DNA of 64,000 nucleotides from Phoronis australis. Lineage: Eukaryota; Animalia; Phoronida. Numbering within the stretch: the stretch's first letter is position 1; every line of letters begins with the position of its first letter. Below, in pieces: positions 48,857 through 61,936 of the stretch. Both the position numbers and the translations under genes were made by a program. The notes beneath the pieces were generated by a model. The model did no database searches and was not told where the DNA came from. It was given only the letters and a program-made list of their open reading frames with translations. The stretch is taken from contig NMRA01000242.1 of assembly GCA_002633005.1 (NCBI GenBank), positions 546,930 through 610,929 of the forward strand, in the 5' to 3' direction.

Positions 48857-50369
48857 TTTATTTTCGGCGTTTGAGATCCCTGAAAGACATACATGTGTAT
48901 TGGAGCGCGAATCACATTATGATAACAACATTGTGCGTTTTTCTTCTCAAGTCATAATGCCTGGGAAGGTGGTGGGATTTTTATCCCCCAGGGTGAAAAA
49001 AGCATGCATTTTTGACGATGTGATAAAATCGTGTATATCTAGGCTACAACGTATTGTAATTTTACACTTACAATATATTATACCTATATGGAGGCAAGGT
49101 TCATGAATTTCTCCTAGAAGTCGAATCTGTTGCGACATGTCATATATTGCCATCATATACATGTGTCCACGAGCAATCCACAAAAACCATCAACAGTAGA
49201 TCACGTCTGTCGAATTCCAAACACATGTCTCGCATGAAGTCCAAGGCGAACCAGTTTTACTCGGATAGTAAGAAGCGGGGCCTACTCTAATTATAAGGAG
49301 TAAAGCTTTCTTTTCTAACTCTACGTCCAATCAGCCGCTCACTACAAAAATGGACCAGCTTGCGTATACACCAAATGGTCGCAAGAAGGGGGCGAGTGCA
49401 CGTGCTCCCCACTCTCCACTAATTTAGAAGTATCTTGGTTAAACCGTGTGGGACCCTGGACAGTTGAGAAAAAACAGCGAAATATGAAAAAGGAAGTTGA
49501 AAAAATAATTGTCAACTACTAGTGCTTGATTTACCATTTGTGGACGCTGGCCAAGACATTGTTGGGAGACCCCACTTTTTTGCACCACAAATCGTCTAAA
49601 CGCGTTTGGAGACGTGCACTTCCTTAGTCGTACGTGTCTTTCAGAAAAGTCAGAAAATTATAAAGTACAACTTTTCCTCAGCATAACAGTTCACTGAATT
49701 TTACAGAAAACAATTTTATTAGTGCAGAAGTAATGATCTAAATTACGCCATATACCATTTTTGACAAGGATTACTGCAGTCCTTAATCGATCTCTTTTTA
49801 TCGTCTTTTCTCGAAAGCGTACATCACTCAATGATGGAATCGAATGAACCTTCCACATTTATGTTAAAGAAAACCTCTCTTGGAGGGACACACGATGTTG
49901 GAATTAACTGTCACAGTTCTATTTTTCCTAGTATTAACCCTTCATATCAAGAGGTTCTCTTTCAGATAGGTTCATCTCAAGGTGCGACGCCCTGGGGCAA
50001 TTGCTCTTTTACTCCTCCATAAAGCCGTTTTTGTAATTTATTCACAAGGGAAGAAGATACGATTATATTTTTGTTCTAAAAAGCGGACCAAATTCGTGAA
50101 AAATAAAGCATTCGGCCAAAACAAACCAAACATGAAGTATTGTATGAAAGCTACAAGATATAAAATGACTACGACTGATGGTTTTATAAGATAAAGTGTC
50201 CATACGTTTTCCCATATCATCTCTTTTGAAAATCGTTACAACTAGTTGTTTGTAAGAAACTGTCGTGGGTGCGCGTTTTGATGACAGGGTACAAAGTACA
50301 CATCTAACGAATTAAGGTACTCAAAGTGCTGTACATGTATATGTGCTGCCAATAATTAACACATACTTT

Positions 50370-53300
50370 AGCGATTTTTAGAGTTCAAGTTAAACTCACG
50401 AACGGTATCAGCAAAGTGAGTGAACAAGACATCAGGTATAACACGTCCTACAGTAATCCAGAAGCCTCCAAATTTCAAGGCTGTTGCAGTCATATGTCTA
50501 CCTTGGTGCTGCACTTTCTCATGGAAATGTTGAACCAACAAAGTAGCTACATAATGAGACTTGGACAGGAGTGCATGGTGCTTCTGAACTGTGTCGAATT
50601 GAGAACGCCGCAATCTACCACCACTGAGAAGTACGCCACTGTCATCGAAAAATACGAAAAATAATTGCAGGCGGTCTGATACACATTGCAACAGACGTGT
50701 GCAGGCTGCGCCCGTGGGACCATTGCATGGATCACCTGGAACAATGTTTATGCTTTATATGTATATAGTTAAAACAGAGCTGAAGAGCTAAAAACGTGAC
50801 TCAAGAGTTTAGCAGTGTGACTCAGTGGGACGCGATCCCACCACCTCTCACACTTGGCCACACTGCCGCCTCCTACTGTCGTCGAAGTAGGGATCCAAAT
50901 TTTCAAAACACTTTCTTTGAAATCATTTTGTTGCCTTTCAAAGAGTCTGGATATTAGCAGAGGAAGAGTGTGCTTGAACTTCTTTGGGGATAAGCTTCTT
51001 GGCATTTCCCTTTTCGTTGACTGTAGGGGAACATAGATTCCACCCTTTACCTCTGTAACAGTTCTTCCCATCACTGCAAGAGAAGCAATGTGCCCTGTGA
51101 ATGAGTTGGAAAATGCCTTTGACAACAGATTTTCATACGGTGAACCGTAACGAGTCAAGCACGTCTTGGGAGCTCTTTGTGGCCAATAAAGTATCTGTCT
51201 CGCAGACTCCCCTTATGTCATCCGAAATCCAGATTTGAACGCTATCCAGATCGTTGCCTTTCCAGATTTCGGTTGTTTAGGTCCTTCCAACCAAAACTGA
51301 TTTTAGCTAAGTAGTAGCACCTGATGCCCGTGAAGGCTTTGTGGCGGTGTCCTCGGGATTATTTAATGTAGGTACATCAGTCCACTGCGAAGGCGTGGTT
51401 GAGATAAATTTCGCTGTACACGGTTGGTCACGTACACCATGGGGTTGGGGCTCGAATTCTTGGCTTTGTGGACCTTTTGGTAACAAAAAGGCGAGCGGAC
51501 TAAAAAAAGGAAAAAAAAAAACAAAAAAAAAACGGGAGCACCACTGTGAATTGTGCGTTTGCGCTTGTTTAGTGGACTTTTGCCTCATTTTCTCGGACTT
51601 CTTGTCTCTCGGAGGTGAACCGTTTCGCCCACTTCGCCCGAGCCCCCCTGGGTGCGCGCATATACACGTAGAATCTCATAGTCTTCTTGGAAAGGTAGAC
51701 CATAGTCATCTTCTATCAGAGTGAAGTTGTAACCATTTCACCTTTAAATTCAACTAGTTCACAACAATGTAAGATCCGGTAAAGGGATAATAGGGGCTTG
51801 TTCTAGAGTGCACTTGGCTTTCCTCAGGACGAAGCTGGCATGGACCGTGCCATCGGTGTCAAATATTCGTAGATATGTTGTTGCTGCAGTGACTAATTTG
51901 GAAGTATCTACAAGAATGAGAATCTCTCTGTTGAATATGCGTAGAAGCTACTGGTGCATAAAACCTGGAGACTTTTATCTGCTGATTGACTTTTAAGCCA
52001 TCGTGAATGAATTGAAATATGCTGGCAGTGGGTCGTTCCATCCGATGTTGTGAAGCACGACTGTCATTCTTTTAAGTATTATTTCTCAATGATAACTACT
52101 GGCTGCACGTGTCCAAGGGAACAGAATACGCTGTAAATGCAGACAGGACCCCTATAATGGTGAATGGCTAATCGCTGAAGGCCATAGTGTCGCTAGTCTT
52201 CATTCTCAATGCATCATTGGACACATCCCAAAAACTTCAAGTGATCATTTCAGCAGTGCACCATCCAAATTTAAGTCACCTAGATCAGTGGCTCTGTCTG
52301 ATGGAGAATAGGCCTTTAATACATTTCTGCTGTTTGATGCGAGATTGTGTATCCTCAAGTTAACTTATCCTAGCATTTTTGTGTGAGCGATCAAGCTATT
52401 AGCCTCTGGTCCGAAGAGAAACCAATCCGTCATCTATAAAAAAGTTTCGTTCAAGGAATTCCGTAGCGTCCTAGAGTCTCCGTCCGTGACTGCCTTTCTG
52501 AAAGTGTTTGTGGCGACGTCCAAGTACATGGATCTTCCTGAGGTATTTCTGAATCAGTTGATTTTCTACGCCGCTGTCTTTGAACAAATGGGACCTGAGG
52601 AACTCTTTGTGACCTACTCTTACCGTGAACGAGTACACTTCTGTTCGATGTCTGTGACACAGGCTATCATTTCGGAACGGAAACGTGTTGGTATTCCCAC
52701 GAGGCTATTCGTCAAATCATTTTCACTCAGGGAGTATACACGAAACTGATCTCTTCAGTCGAAAACCATTCAAATCTTGTCAGTATTTTAGGGGAGATAA
52801 ACCACAAAGTGCGGTAGGTACCATCTCTCTCTTTGACTTTTGCTATCGGTGGAGATGGTTGAGCATTATTAGAGACCAAATTTCGCATGAACTATGCCTA
52901 CCGTTGTTTTATCAGCAGCTTCTTCTGGAGGATACGAGAGTGGGAAAGGAACCTCTGGTTACCATTTTTCAATTTGTTTATTAGACGTTCACGGTCAGGC
53001 TGAAACGATGACGACACTCTTAAGTTACCGGAGGTACCCTGTGTCAATTATCTGTCCATCAAGGCAATGAACTCCCGGCCCTCGAACCTGAGACCAAGTT
53101 CATCGTCTTGCTTTGTGCTCACCGAGACTTCTTTGCCCAGACTGTTCATACAAATACTGTGTCTGGTAGAAAACCTGCCAAACGACTGGGATCCTTTCAC
53201 GGTACGTACGTTACCACAAGACTTGAGTAGAGGGAACGTCCACTTTCCACATTGTGAATTCAATGGGTATCACCTGGGCACATCTGACAAACCATGATCC

Positions 53301-54900
53301 TTTGTAGGCCCAGACGATGTGACCGTGGTGCATGGTTCGGTCCGTTTCTCGACAGTCAAATTTTTCGGGCCTACGGCACATTGCGTCCCAAAAGAAACAG
53401 AATGCCTTCACCAAGGTATGTTGCATGAATGTCTGCAGCGATGCTGATGCAGTCTTGGGACTTGGATTCTCAGATTTTTATCGGGTATGTCGTAACATTC
53501 TAGAACGGTGCTGAGAGGAATTTTCGTACTTCCATCGAACGACTACACGACTATCGTTTTCCAGTGCATTTTTGAGATGATAGGGTTCATTACCACTTGA
53601 GATGTTCATTTTGTCAAAATGGAACGACTTGACAAGCGTTCGGTTTCTCTGATTTTCCAGCACCACGCGACACCAGGAGTTTTGAGGATTGCCTTCTTGG
53701 TAGAGTTGTGCCATGGCACAGGACTTAACATCCAGGGAAGACCCGTATACCGCAGTGCAAGTAGAACCAAAGTAGACAGGTTCTGAACGTGTCTTCTTGT
53801 TGTCTGCCTGTGGCTGTTCCTTGCTGTCCTTGTCTGACCTCTTCCACCATACTTGCCTGAGCCTCTGGTGCGATACTCCCACTATCTTTGCAAGGAACGC
53901 CATCGCTGGTGGATGTACCTCGAGGTTGCGTGATACTATGCTTCCACATCCCTTACACTTTACTTCTTGGGTGCAATCCTTTGCACTATGTTTACTGACC
54001 GCTTCACATCGCAGCAGACATAGTTTAGAGTTCGTTCTCTCACTATACTTGCTACTGTCGAAGCCCTTCCTTCTCAATTGTCTACATACAATATTGCAGA
54101 TTATGGTTTACTGTCTTGTGAATTGGGTAAGTTGTGATAGGCTCAAGATGACCTATCTCAGTGTTGTGTACTCTGACTTGTGTACTGGGCCATGTTAGGA
54201 ATCTTTCTGAAGACTTGACGGCGACAGGGATTATTTATTAAGGCTGTATATGGGATCTCACCACCACACTATTTCTTGTACAGGCTCATCCAAGAACGTA
54301 AATGGAGGAAGCACATTGTGTTTCACCGTGTACTGGTACGCTCTACCACGCCACTTGTCCGTCAGTTTGGATACTAAGTGATTGACTCCCAGAGGTATCC
54401 TAAGCCTGGAAGCCCAATGCTTAGAGCATAATCCATCATATTCAGCAGGTCGGTGAAGTTCCTTAGAGGACTTAGTTCAATTGCAACATTTTTGCAGTTG
54501 TTGAGGGAGCACGCAACCATCTCAGGTTTGCCACATTTCTCTCCTAATCTAAACCATGCGGTGGAAAGTGCTCCTGCATGACCGCTAATGTGCACTGACT
54601 GCGTATTCCTGATTATGTTGGCTGAATCTCCTCCACACCATCTCACCAGGAGGTTCAGTTCCTCACCTGGTAGCAGACCAGCAGTATATATTACTTTCTT
54701 GAATGACATTTTTCTCGAACTTAACCGTGGCTGATGTATGACCAGATTTTTTTCGTGACAGGTGCTAAAATCAACCCTACACATGTAGCTCTAAATTTTG
54801 ACCTTATCTTGGGGTGTGGGTTAATGACTAATGTGGTTCAACCTTGACCTGTTGACTTTCGACGACACCAGAGGCGGCAGATGCCACCTCTAGAATCTTT
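50370..54900 (-). mobile_element. Degenerate BEL/Pao retrotransposon (gag, RT, RNase H, start of integrase)
   Basis: gag: EELNLLVRWCG..AWFRLGEKCGKPEM and a Zn knuckle. Pao motifs RFYVYVTNRV, WTDVPTLNNPEDTATK and GGRLRRS..KSHYVATLLVQHFHEKVQHQG..GFWI. Many stops and frameshifts. Confidence 0.8.
51438..51662 (-). mobile_element. Small MITE inserted in BEL pol with 5-bp TSD TACAC
   Basis: Removing it restores RFYVYVTNRV; related to the nested element at 11010-11161. Confidence 0.65.
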
Positions 54901-55329
54901 CATTGAGGGGCTTGCGCTTCAATTATGATCTTCACGTAACCTTCTCGTTCCTGGCCTACGGAACGTAATATAACTTTAACTTTTTGTCTCGACAGTATTG
55001 GCTGTCACAAGCACAGCAGATAGTTTCTCTTCGAAGCTTTTGTACGCATTGGACACTTTCGGGCGAGCGCTTTTTATTCCTTGAATCCCTCGGACATCAT
55101 CTTCACACTCACAGATGCGACATATACGGAATCTGACCGTTTCCCCAATATCGTCCAGCTTATTCTGCAGGGCTGAGTGTCATTCATCGCAACATACCTG
55201 TGCTCTCTCTATCTGCACAGTGTGTTATCTGGTCGACATAACTACAAGCGTTGAGAGTTTTTGGATAGTGTAATTATATACTGTGACGGACCTAACCAAA
55301 GAAATCCAATAACACACATAATGCCCATT

Positions 55330-56335
55330 GTCAAGATGAACAACAAATTTGATGGCAACATGAAAACAGGGGAAACTGATCAAAGTTGAAACACCCACAG
55401 ATTGGTGGAGCAACAGGCTCGTCCCGGAAAAAAACATGCGTCCACGACACAACCAAACTACGCATATGTCCTATCCGGGGCAGTGAAAATTTCCAAATAT
55501 CAATCAATGACGAGCTACTTTCCAAACTTGCAGACAAGACATTCATTAAGTTCTCAATAAACGACGCTCTTGGTGGCTTTACTCAAGATGAAGTCAACGC
55601 TGCGAGAGAAGCAGTGCGATTTTCTGACTGAAGAGAATTTGCCGAAAAATCGAATTAGCATTAAGTTTCCAGTTTTGAGTTTTACCATACTCTCCTTTAC
55701 TGAACACACAGGGTGAATTTAACGTTCTACAGCCTTGTTGAGGACTGTTAGATCTGCACAAATGCGAACTTTCCGTGCATTTTCTCCTTTGGGCACGAAT
55801 ACCATCAGGGAAACCCAATCAGTTGGTTGAAACACCGAAAAATGACGTCTTCTCCAACCATACAATCAAATTCCTTTTTTACTTTATGGCGAAGAGGAAG
55901 CGGTGCGGAAAGAGGCGTATAAATGCGTTTCGGAAATGCGTCAGACTTCACTGGTAGATCATACGTGTCCGATACGAGACCTAGACCCGAAAATGCTGTG
56001 GGGAACTCTTTCACAAATTTGGGTTTCACTTTCACCTCATGAAACATATAACGCACTAAATTTAGCAATGTACATATCTTACGGCTCAGAAGAGCACGTT
56101 TGTGGCCTTTCATCACGTAAACATTGGCTGTAAATTCCGTGTCATGCACAGAAAGCTTTGCTTAAAATAGCCTAACACGCGTTGCGTTTCTGGCATAAAT
56201 GGCTTGGAGACAATGCTATCCCGAATAACACATACAGAAACACAATTATCCAGCATCGATTAACCGCATGATCGTCAACTGCAATATTCTGATACCGGGT
56301 TTATCATAATCACCGTCATCATCATCATCATCACC

Positions 56336-56430
<95 letters not shown>

Positions 56431-57852
56431 TGACTTTCCCCAGGAAATTGTCATCACCTCATGTGAGTTCATTATATGATTTGGACGACTTTGTGTCTGA
56501 CTTTTTGTGTGGACATCTTTGTGTAAAGTACACGATTTTGACAGACACTTGACAGATCGGACAATAGAGTCTAATATAGACGTACATGTAACTGCATTCT
56601 TCAGAGATTATTCGCAAGTCTTGTCTCGTCTTTGCAAAGCAGGTATGTCGTTAAACCTGAGCAAGTGTGTATTCGCGTCTGACCTTAAATTAAAACGTCT
56701 GGTAACNCCTCAGCAATTTCGAGACAAGTAACAGACTGTGAAAAACGTAAAACAACTATTGAAAAGCAAGCGTTGGCCATCACTTGGTTATGTTAGTGCT
56801 TTTGGAACATTGTGCTTGGCATGCATATTATCATTCAAGCTTATGATTCCGTTGATGAATGTCATTGATCATAATGAGGTTCCATTTATTATTCAGAGAT
56901 TTCCTTCTCGTTTGATGCGGTACAGTTATACTGTAGAGCACATGTATGTACCAGGGAGCCTTAACGTGGAAGCTGATGCTCTTTCCGGATCCGTCTCATC
57001 GGTCGACTTATTAGTCGCTGAGGAGGTCTTAGCGTCAGAATCAGACCCTTCTAAAATACCTTGGTGATAGGAAGTAGTCTAGTTCCAACCTGGCTGACAT
57101 AAAACTAAGTCTTAAGCATGATGCGTTTGCTCAGCGTAATGGAATGTGTTTGTTCTGATTGATCTCGTTATTTGTCGGCCACGGATACCTTGTTGAAATC
57201 GTACTGGGAGTTACGTGGTCACCTCGCAATGCAGGACGACCTGCTCGTGTAGGTTGATCGTCTGGTCATACCCAAGAACGTGCCACTAAATGTTCGTTAT
57301 TCTGTTTGGTGGCCTGGCACGTCTCAACAGATTGCAGACGGTTCTCATTGAATCATTAGATAGTCTATAGAAGATTAAGCACATGAATTCAACCTTCCGT
57401 GGTATTCCGAGTGTGGTCGTTTCGGATAACGGTGCGCAATATGCGTCCAAGCAATCATTGACTTCGCAAACAAGTATGACTTTGTTCAAGTCAACAGCTC
57501 ACTTCAGTACCCCCATGTCAAATGATGCAGCGGAGCGTGTGTTGGAGACCGTTAAACATACGTTTGAGAAAAAGAAAAGAATACTATGGACGTCGTTATC
57601 GGTCAGCTCTGAGAGTGACCTAATCTTTTACTCCTAACAACTAGGCATTGCATTGGTGCAGTCCGCACAGACACCAATAGTTCAGGTGTTACAGCCATTC
57701 ATTCAGGGAGGATTGTTTATCCATAAAGAGCATAAAGAGAGTATTAAAAGTCGTGCTAGATTTTGTTCTTAAAGGACATTTAGCTTTAAAATCAATTGAT
57801 TGATTCTAAGAGATATTAGCTTTTAAGAGACTCTTGCTTTAAAGGGGAGATG
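55330..57852 (+). mobile_element. Mag-like Gypsy pol relics with an oppositely oriented PR/RT segment (about 55590-56150)
   Basis: Plus strand: RT pieces, LSRLCKAGMSLNLSKC, RLMRYSY..VPG..ADALS, GIPSVVVSDNG..AER, and PPT AAAGGGGAGA-TGT at about 57841-57853. Minus strand: FPTAFSGLG..PLPLRHKVKKE..KLNANS.F.QI. Confidence 0.7.
56316..56431. repeat. (CAT)n microsatellite
   Basis: Directly visible; gives the spurious poly-D and poly-M ORFs. Confidence 0.97.
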
Positions 57853-58524
57853 TTGTACTAATAGCTGTGTGTTATCCCTGTTTAAAGCAATAGATTGCTT
57901 CACGCGTGTGCTTTGCAGACACACTGGCCTGAGCAATCAATGATTTTCTCAGCGCATACTTTGGCGTATTCCGTATTTGCTTGGATGCAGAAGATTCCAC
58001 GCGCAAATTAACCGGAACATTCAGGTGCTTTACACCCTGGCCTGTGGACATTCTGGTGCTACAGAGACGAATTTAGCACAGACTTTGGCATCATGTACAA
58101 TGGCTTTTAAACAGTAATTCCTCGGAGTATAGCAGGGATGGCTTAATCTTACCTGGTTGTCATTACTTGTTGCTTCCGCATCATAGAACTTGTCACCAGA
58201 TTCCAACACGATCAATTTAGATAAAATAGCAGGCTAAAGTACATACAATACGACACACACTTTTGAGGTTCCTTATTGAACATGGCCATCCTTATTGCAG
58301 AATACTTTGTGCGTGTGAAGCTGTCAGTCACTAAGCAAGAGGTGGTGACAATACGGTATGGTAACAAGATGTATACGTTGTGTCTGCAATAAGATCATTC
58401 AATTATGTCTCACACAAATCACCTGACCTTGTAGAACAATGTATTTTGTCTGATGTACCAGTAAAAATCACAACAAACCAACATACTTGTCGTGAAGCGA
58501 TATGTTCTGCTTTGTTTTCACTAG

Positions 58525-58863
58525 TTGGACCAACTGCAATCACTATTGTCACTGAAAACAATCAGTCTAGAACTTCTGACCACTCTACTAAAGTACTGAC
58601 CGTACAAGAGGGCCAAGAGTATGTCATGAGATGTCGGACGAATGTGACGTCGCCAAGGGCAACGGTTACATGGTCGTATAACGGTCTGGATGGGCAGGAG
58701 TCGCCCACAGTGAATTCATCATCAAGTGGCGGTTTCGTGTTCACCAGCAACTTTATTTTTACTGCAAGGGCTCGACATAATGGACTCAATGTAACATGTA
58801 CAGCTTACAACAACCAGGACAACAGATTAAACTGCTCGCAAACCTTGGAATTAGATGTTATTT
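58525..58863 (+). CDS. Ig-superfamily gene, Ig exon 8 (paralog of exon 4)
   Basis: TAG|TT GGA CCA; YVMRCRTNVTSPRATVTW..HNGLNVTCTAYN; T|GTAAGT. 339 bp; about 65 of 112 aa identical to exon 4 by manual count. Confidence 0.9.
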
Positions 58864-58884
58864 GTAAGTATGAAATTTTGCATA

Positions 58885-58970
58885 TATATAGCTTATTACA
58901 TGGCGAAGTCGTTATCCCCCGTTATCTAGAGCCCGAGTGAATTTTGGAGAATTATCGCCCTCGGGGCTAA
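58885..58970. repeat. Half of the P1 terminal palindrome
   Basis: TTATTACATGGCGAAGTCGTTATCCCCCGTTATCTAGA is the reverse complement of about 48813-48850. Confidence 0.8.
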
Positions 58971-60297
58971 TCTTGAATCTGTTGAGGGAAATACGGCAAG
59001 GAAATAAAGTTTTCCGTATTCACTTCCCGTTCTACTTGATCAGCGACCTCTGACATGGAAAGTTCAAAAGGTAGGTCAATATCGACTCGACTTCTTCTGA
59101 GCCGGTTCGATCATCAAACTTTCCGAAAATAGTTTAAAGTTTCTAATGCCGGAAATTTCTTGAACAAAATGCGGTGGTGTGAAATAAAAGCACGCACTTA
59201 TTTGAGGACAGGTTGATTGATTTTTCCAGGGCAACAGCAAAAGATCGACTTTGAAAAGGGAGAGCCAAGTGGCGGCATAGTGGTGTCTTTTAAAGAGCTT
59301 AATATCTGAAAGAAATACCATTGTTCCTATGATGTCTATATTGTCTGAAATGGTGGTGGTAGCAACAGATCAAACCGTATTGTGGATACGTAAAAATGGG
59401 AGGCCTAGCTGGGGAAATAGAAAACACTTTGGCACTCTGAAAAGCATGATCATTTTACTCAAACCGAGTCTAGGTCGGTAGTTTAAAGGGGCAATAGTCC
59501 GCAAAGGCTGACTGTAGGCCTTTTGGACTACAAAAATATGCACTTTCTTTTCTATTTAAGATACATTATCATTAAAAATTGCCCATTGGTCAATGTTCGT
59601 TAGTCCGAAGCACCTATAAATAAGGTCAGAGATTATTCATTCACAGCCAATTTCGTAAAGGTGGTTTAACAAAACCAGGTTTAAGACTTAAACGTGGTCT
59701 TCCTATACCTGATCTAATTTTTGACTTAACTTACGTTTCACCAACATGTTTTCAAAGTCTGAAAGTCTGGTTTTGTTAGGCCATAAAGCGAGTTTAGTAA
59801 AACCAGGTTTAAAGTATCCAAGCCTACCTACTGTGTTGATCCGGATTAACCTAACAAAGAAACTGTTAAGTGCTTCAATAAAATCTTGATCACGTGGGTA
59901 TACAATGGCACACAGCAGTATAAAAATGAATGGAGGGCTAAGAGCTTTTCTCACGAGGAAAAATGAATTAATGTTTCCTCCCATAACTGATCTGACGAAA
60001 AGCCAAATGTCATAGTCGAGAACAAAAAAATTAGTGCCAAATTAAGTCAACGCAAGCAGAAGGCGTGGGGATATATTGCTCCAGAATAAAGGCCAGAAAG
60101 AAAATTTCATCAGTGAAAATTTGGCCCAGAAAAACGGTGAGGAACCCAGTGGTAGATCTAGGATATCATGAGGAGATATTTTTCATTTTGTATTGTCTGT
60201 TTCACACATTAAAGTACTTGCTCTCGATTACCCGCAACATAGTAATTCCACTCATTTATTTCCGTGTCATTTTAATTTTGCGACCCAAGGGGGGGCA

Positions 60298-60452
60298 CAG
60301 GGGCGGATCCAGGATTTTGAGTTAGGGCGCCAGGGCAGAGTATTAGCCAAGAGTTTGCCCGTCAGACATTCCCACCCCCAAACTGCCAAATGGAATCTAA
60401 GAAAATTTTAGGGTGGCCATTGCACCCTTGGCCCCCTCTAAGTCCGCCACTG
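60298..60452. mobile_element. hAT-like MITE (CAGGGGCGGATCC...TCCGCCACTG)
   Basis: TIRs visible; near-match 5-bp flanks GGGCA/GTGCA; homologous to 36837-36982. Confidence 0.65.
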
Positions 60453-60569
60453 GTGCAAGCAACTTTAAAGTGGGGACTAATTGAGACGGAAATCAGCGCT
60501 TGCGACGATGACGCTCTGCTCGAACCGTCATATGCTGAGGAATCTGAAGGGCAACGTTAAGTACGTACT

Positions 60570-60840
60570 GGGCCCGGTCTCCAATCTCCGTACTCAGACT
60601 CGAATCACTCAAACTCGCACTTCATACTCAATTCGAGTGCAGACTCAGCTTTGGTGTATTCAATGTCATACTCGAAAAATCTGTACTCGAAATTTCGAGC
60701 ACGTGCTCAATTTTCCAGTATACTCGAAATGAAGTGTATTTCATCTATATTTCGAGTACGATTTTGAGTAAAAATTTCGAGTTTATGCTCCAAATTTCAA
60801 GTTTGGTTTGGCAGTATGCTTGAAATGGTACTCGAAAATA
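60570..60840. mobile_element. Harbinger-like terminal fragment with ACTCGA/TCGAGT subterminal repeats
   Basis: GGGGCCCGG start followed by many ACTC(GA) motifs in both orientations. Confidence 0.45.
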
Positions 60841-61452
60841 AACACGGCGGATGTGAGACACAGACAAATTATTCCACTAGCGAAAGAAGAAAATATCGAA
60901 AAACCAGTGAGAGAAACAGCAAATCTTTGGAAAATTTAAGTCCTCATACCATATTTCAGCGCTTGAGACAATAGTTTTCATTTTAAATCTTCTTCATCTT
61001 AACCCGTCGTATCACAGCACTTCATTACCACCAATTTTTAAAGTCCTTCTTACCTCGATTCCTAATTCCATGTCATCGATTCATTACAATTGTCAAAAGC
61101 AGCTGTGGGGAGCGGGTTGCCCTGATTAAAGCGCGCCTGCAACGGTTTGTACGGTTTCCAAAAGACGAAGAAGTTAAAAAAAACCAGTTTGCTTCCCTGT
61201 CGTAGTTTAGACATCGATAATTCCTCAATCACCGAATGATATGCCAGATTTTGTTTGCCGATTTTTAATTAGACGTCTCGTCCCGTTCACTGATGAACTT
61301 TGAATGCCTAAAAATGTAATGTTTTTTAACTCACGCGCCAAATGTCTGCTAACTTGATACATCCCGGTAAAATGTCAAAATTTTGACATCAGCGTAGGCC
61401 CACAAGGCAATGGGTTCTATATAAAAACTAAATTAGCAAGAGAGAACAGGGG

Positions 61453-61770
61453 TTGACCAGGAACCAAATAACTGCGGCTCAAAAATGTCGACTGGAGTTT
61501 CGGGCTGACGTGGACAATCGGCCTACTAGAGAAGAACGCCTCAGCTGGCAATTAAGGTACAAACTTTTGAAATTTGACCTCCCGTCAAAGAAAATGAGCA
61601 ATTCGAACTCTCCCTTAAGATGTTGGTTGCAGGCCTGTGATTTGGTGCCTGATCCCCGGGCCTGGGGTCACCGACCCACCATTGCATGTATTACTGAGAA
61701 AGAAAATTTCTGTGGTTGGTGTGACCATGCCAATTCTAGGAGTAAATGTGTCAAGTGTAGGGGAGAATGA
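61453..61770 (+). pseudogene. piggyBac-like transposase C-terminal Cys-rich domain remnant
   Basis: LEFRADV..DPRAWGHRP..FCGWCDHANSRSKCVKC resembles the LxFR..H.P..CxxC..R..CxxC tail of piggyBac transposases. Confidence 0.55.
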
Positions 61771-61936
61771 ACTCATTTTGCCCCCTGGCTAAATCAGACA
61801 CTGAGATTGTGGCTGCTCCTCTGCGGCCGACCGGCTTTCTTTGATGTGATAAGCTGTTACAAATTTCTTATGACATTTTCAGGAGATAAGGAACTCAAGA
61901 AGTAAAGGTTAATAATTGACCTATCGCCAGGATTAT

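Noticed and set aside
56246-56472. Poly-Asp and poly-Met ORFs
   Set aside because: Translation artefacts of a (CAT)n microsatellite.
28645-58863. RAG-type recombination signal sequences flanking the Ig exons
   Set aside because: Isolated CACAGT(G)-like words occur (about 43749 and 45084), but there is no heptamer-12/23-nonamer arrangement at exon borders. The exons have ordinary splice sites.
60999-61180. TTAA-CCC piggyBac end and a THAP-like RFPKDEE fragment
   Set aside because: No matching opposite terminus found, and too little coding signal to support a call.
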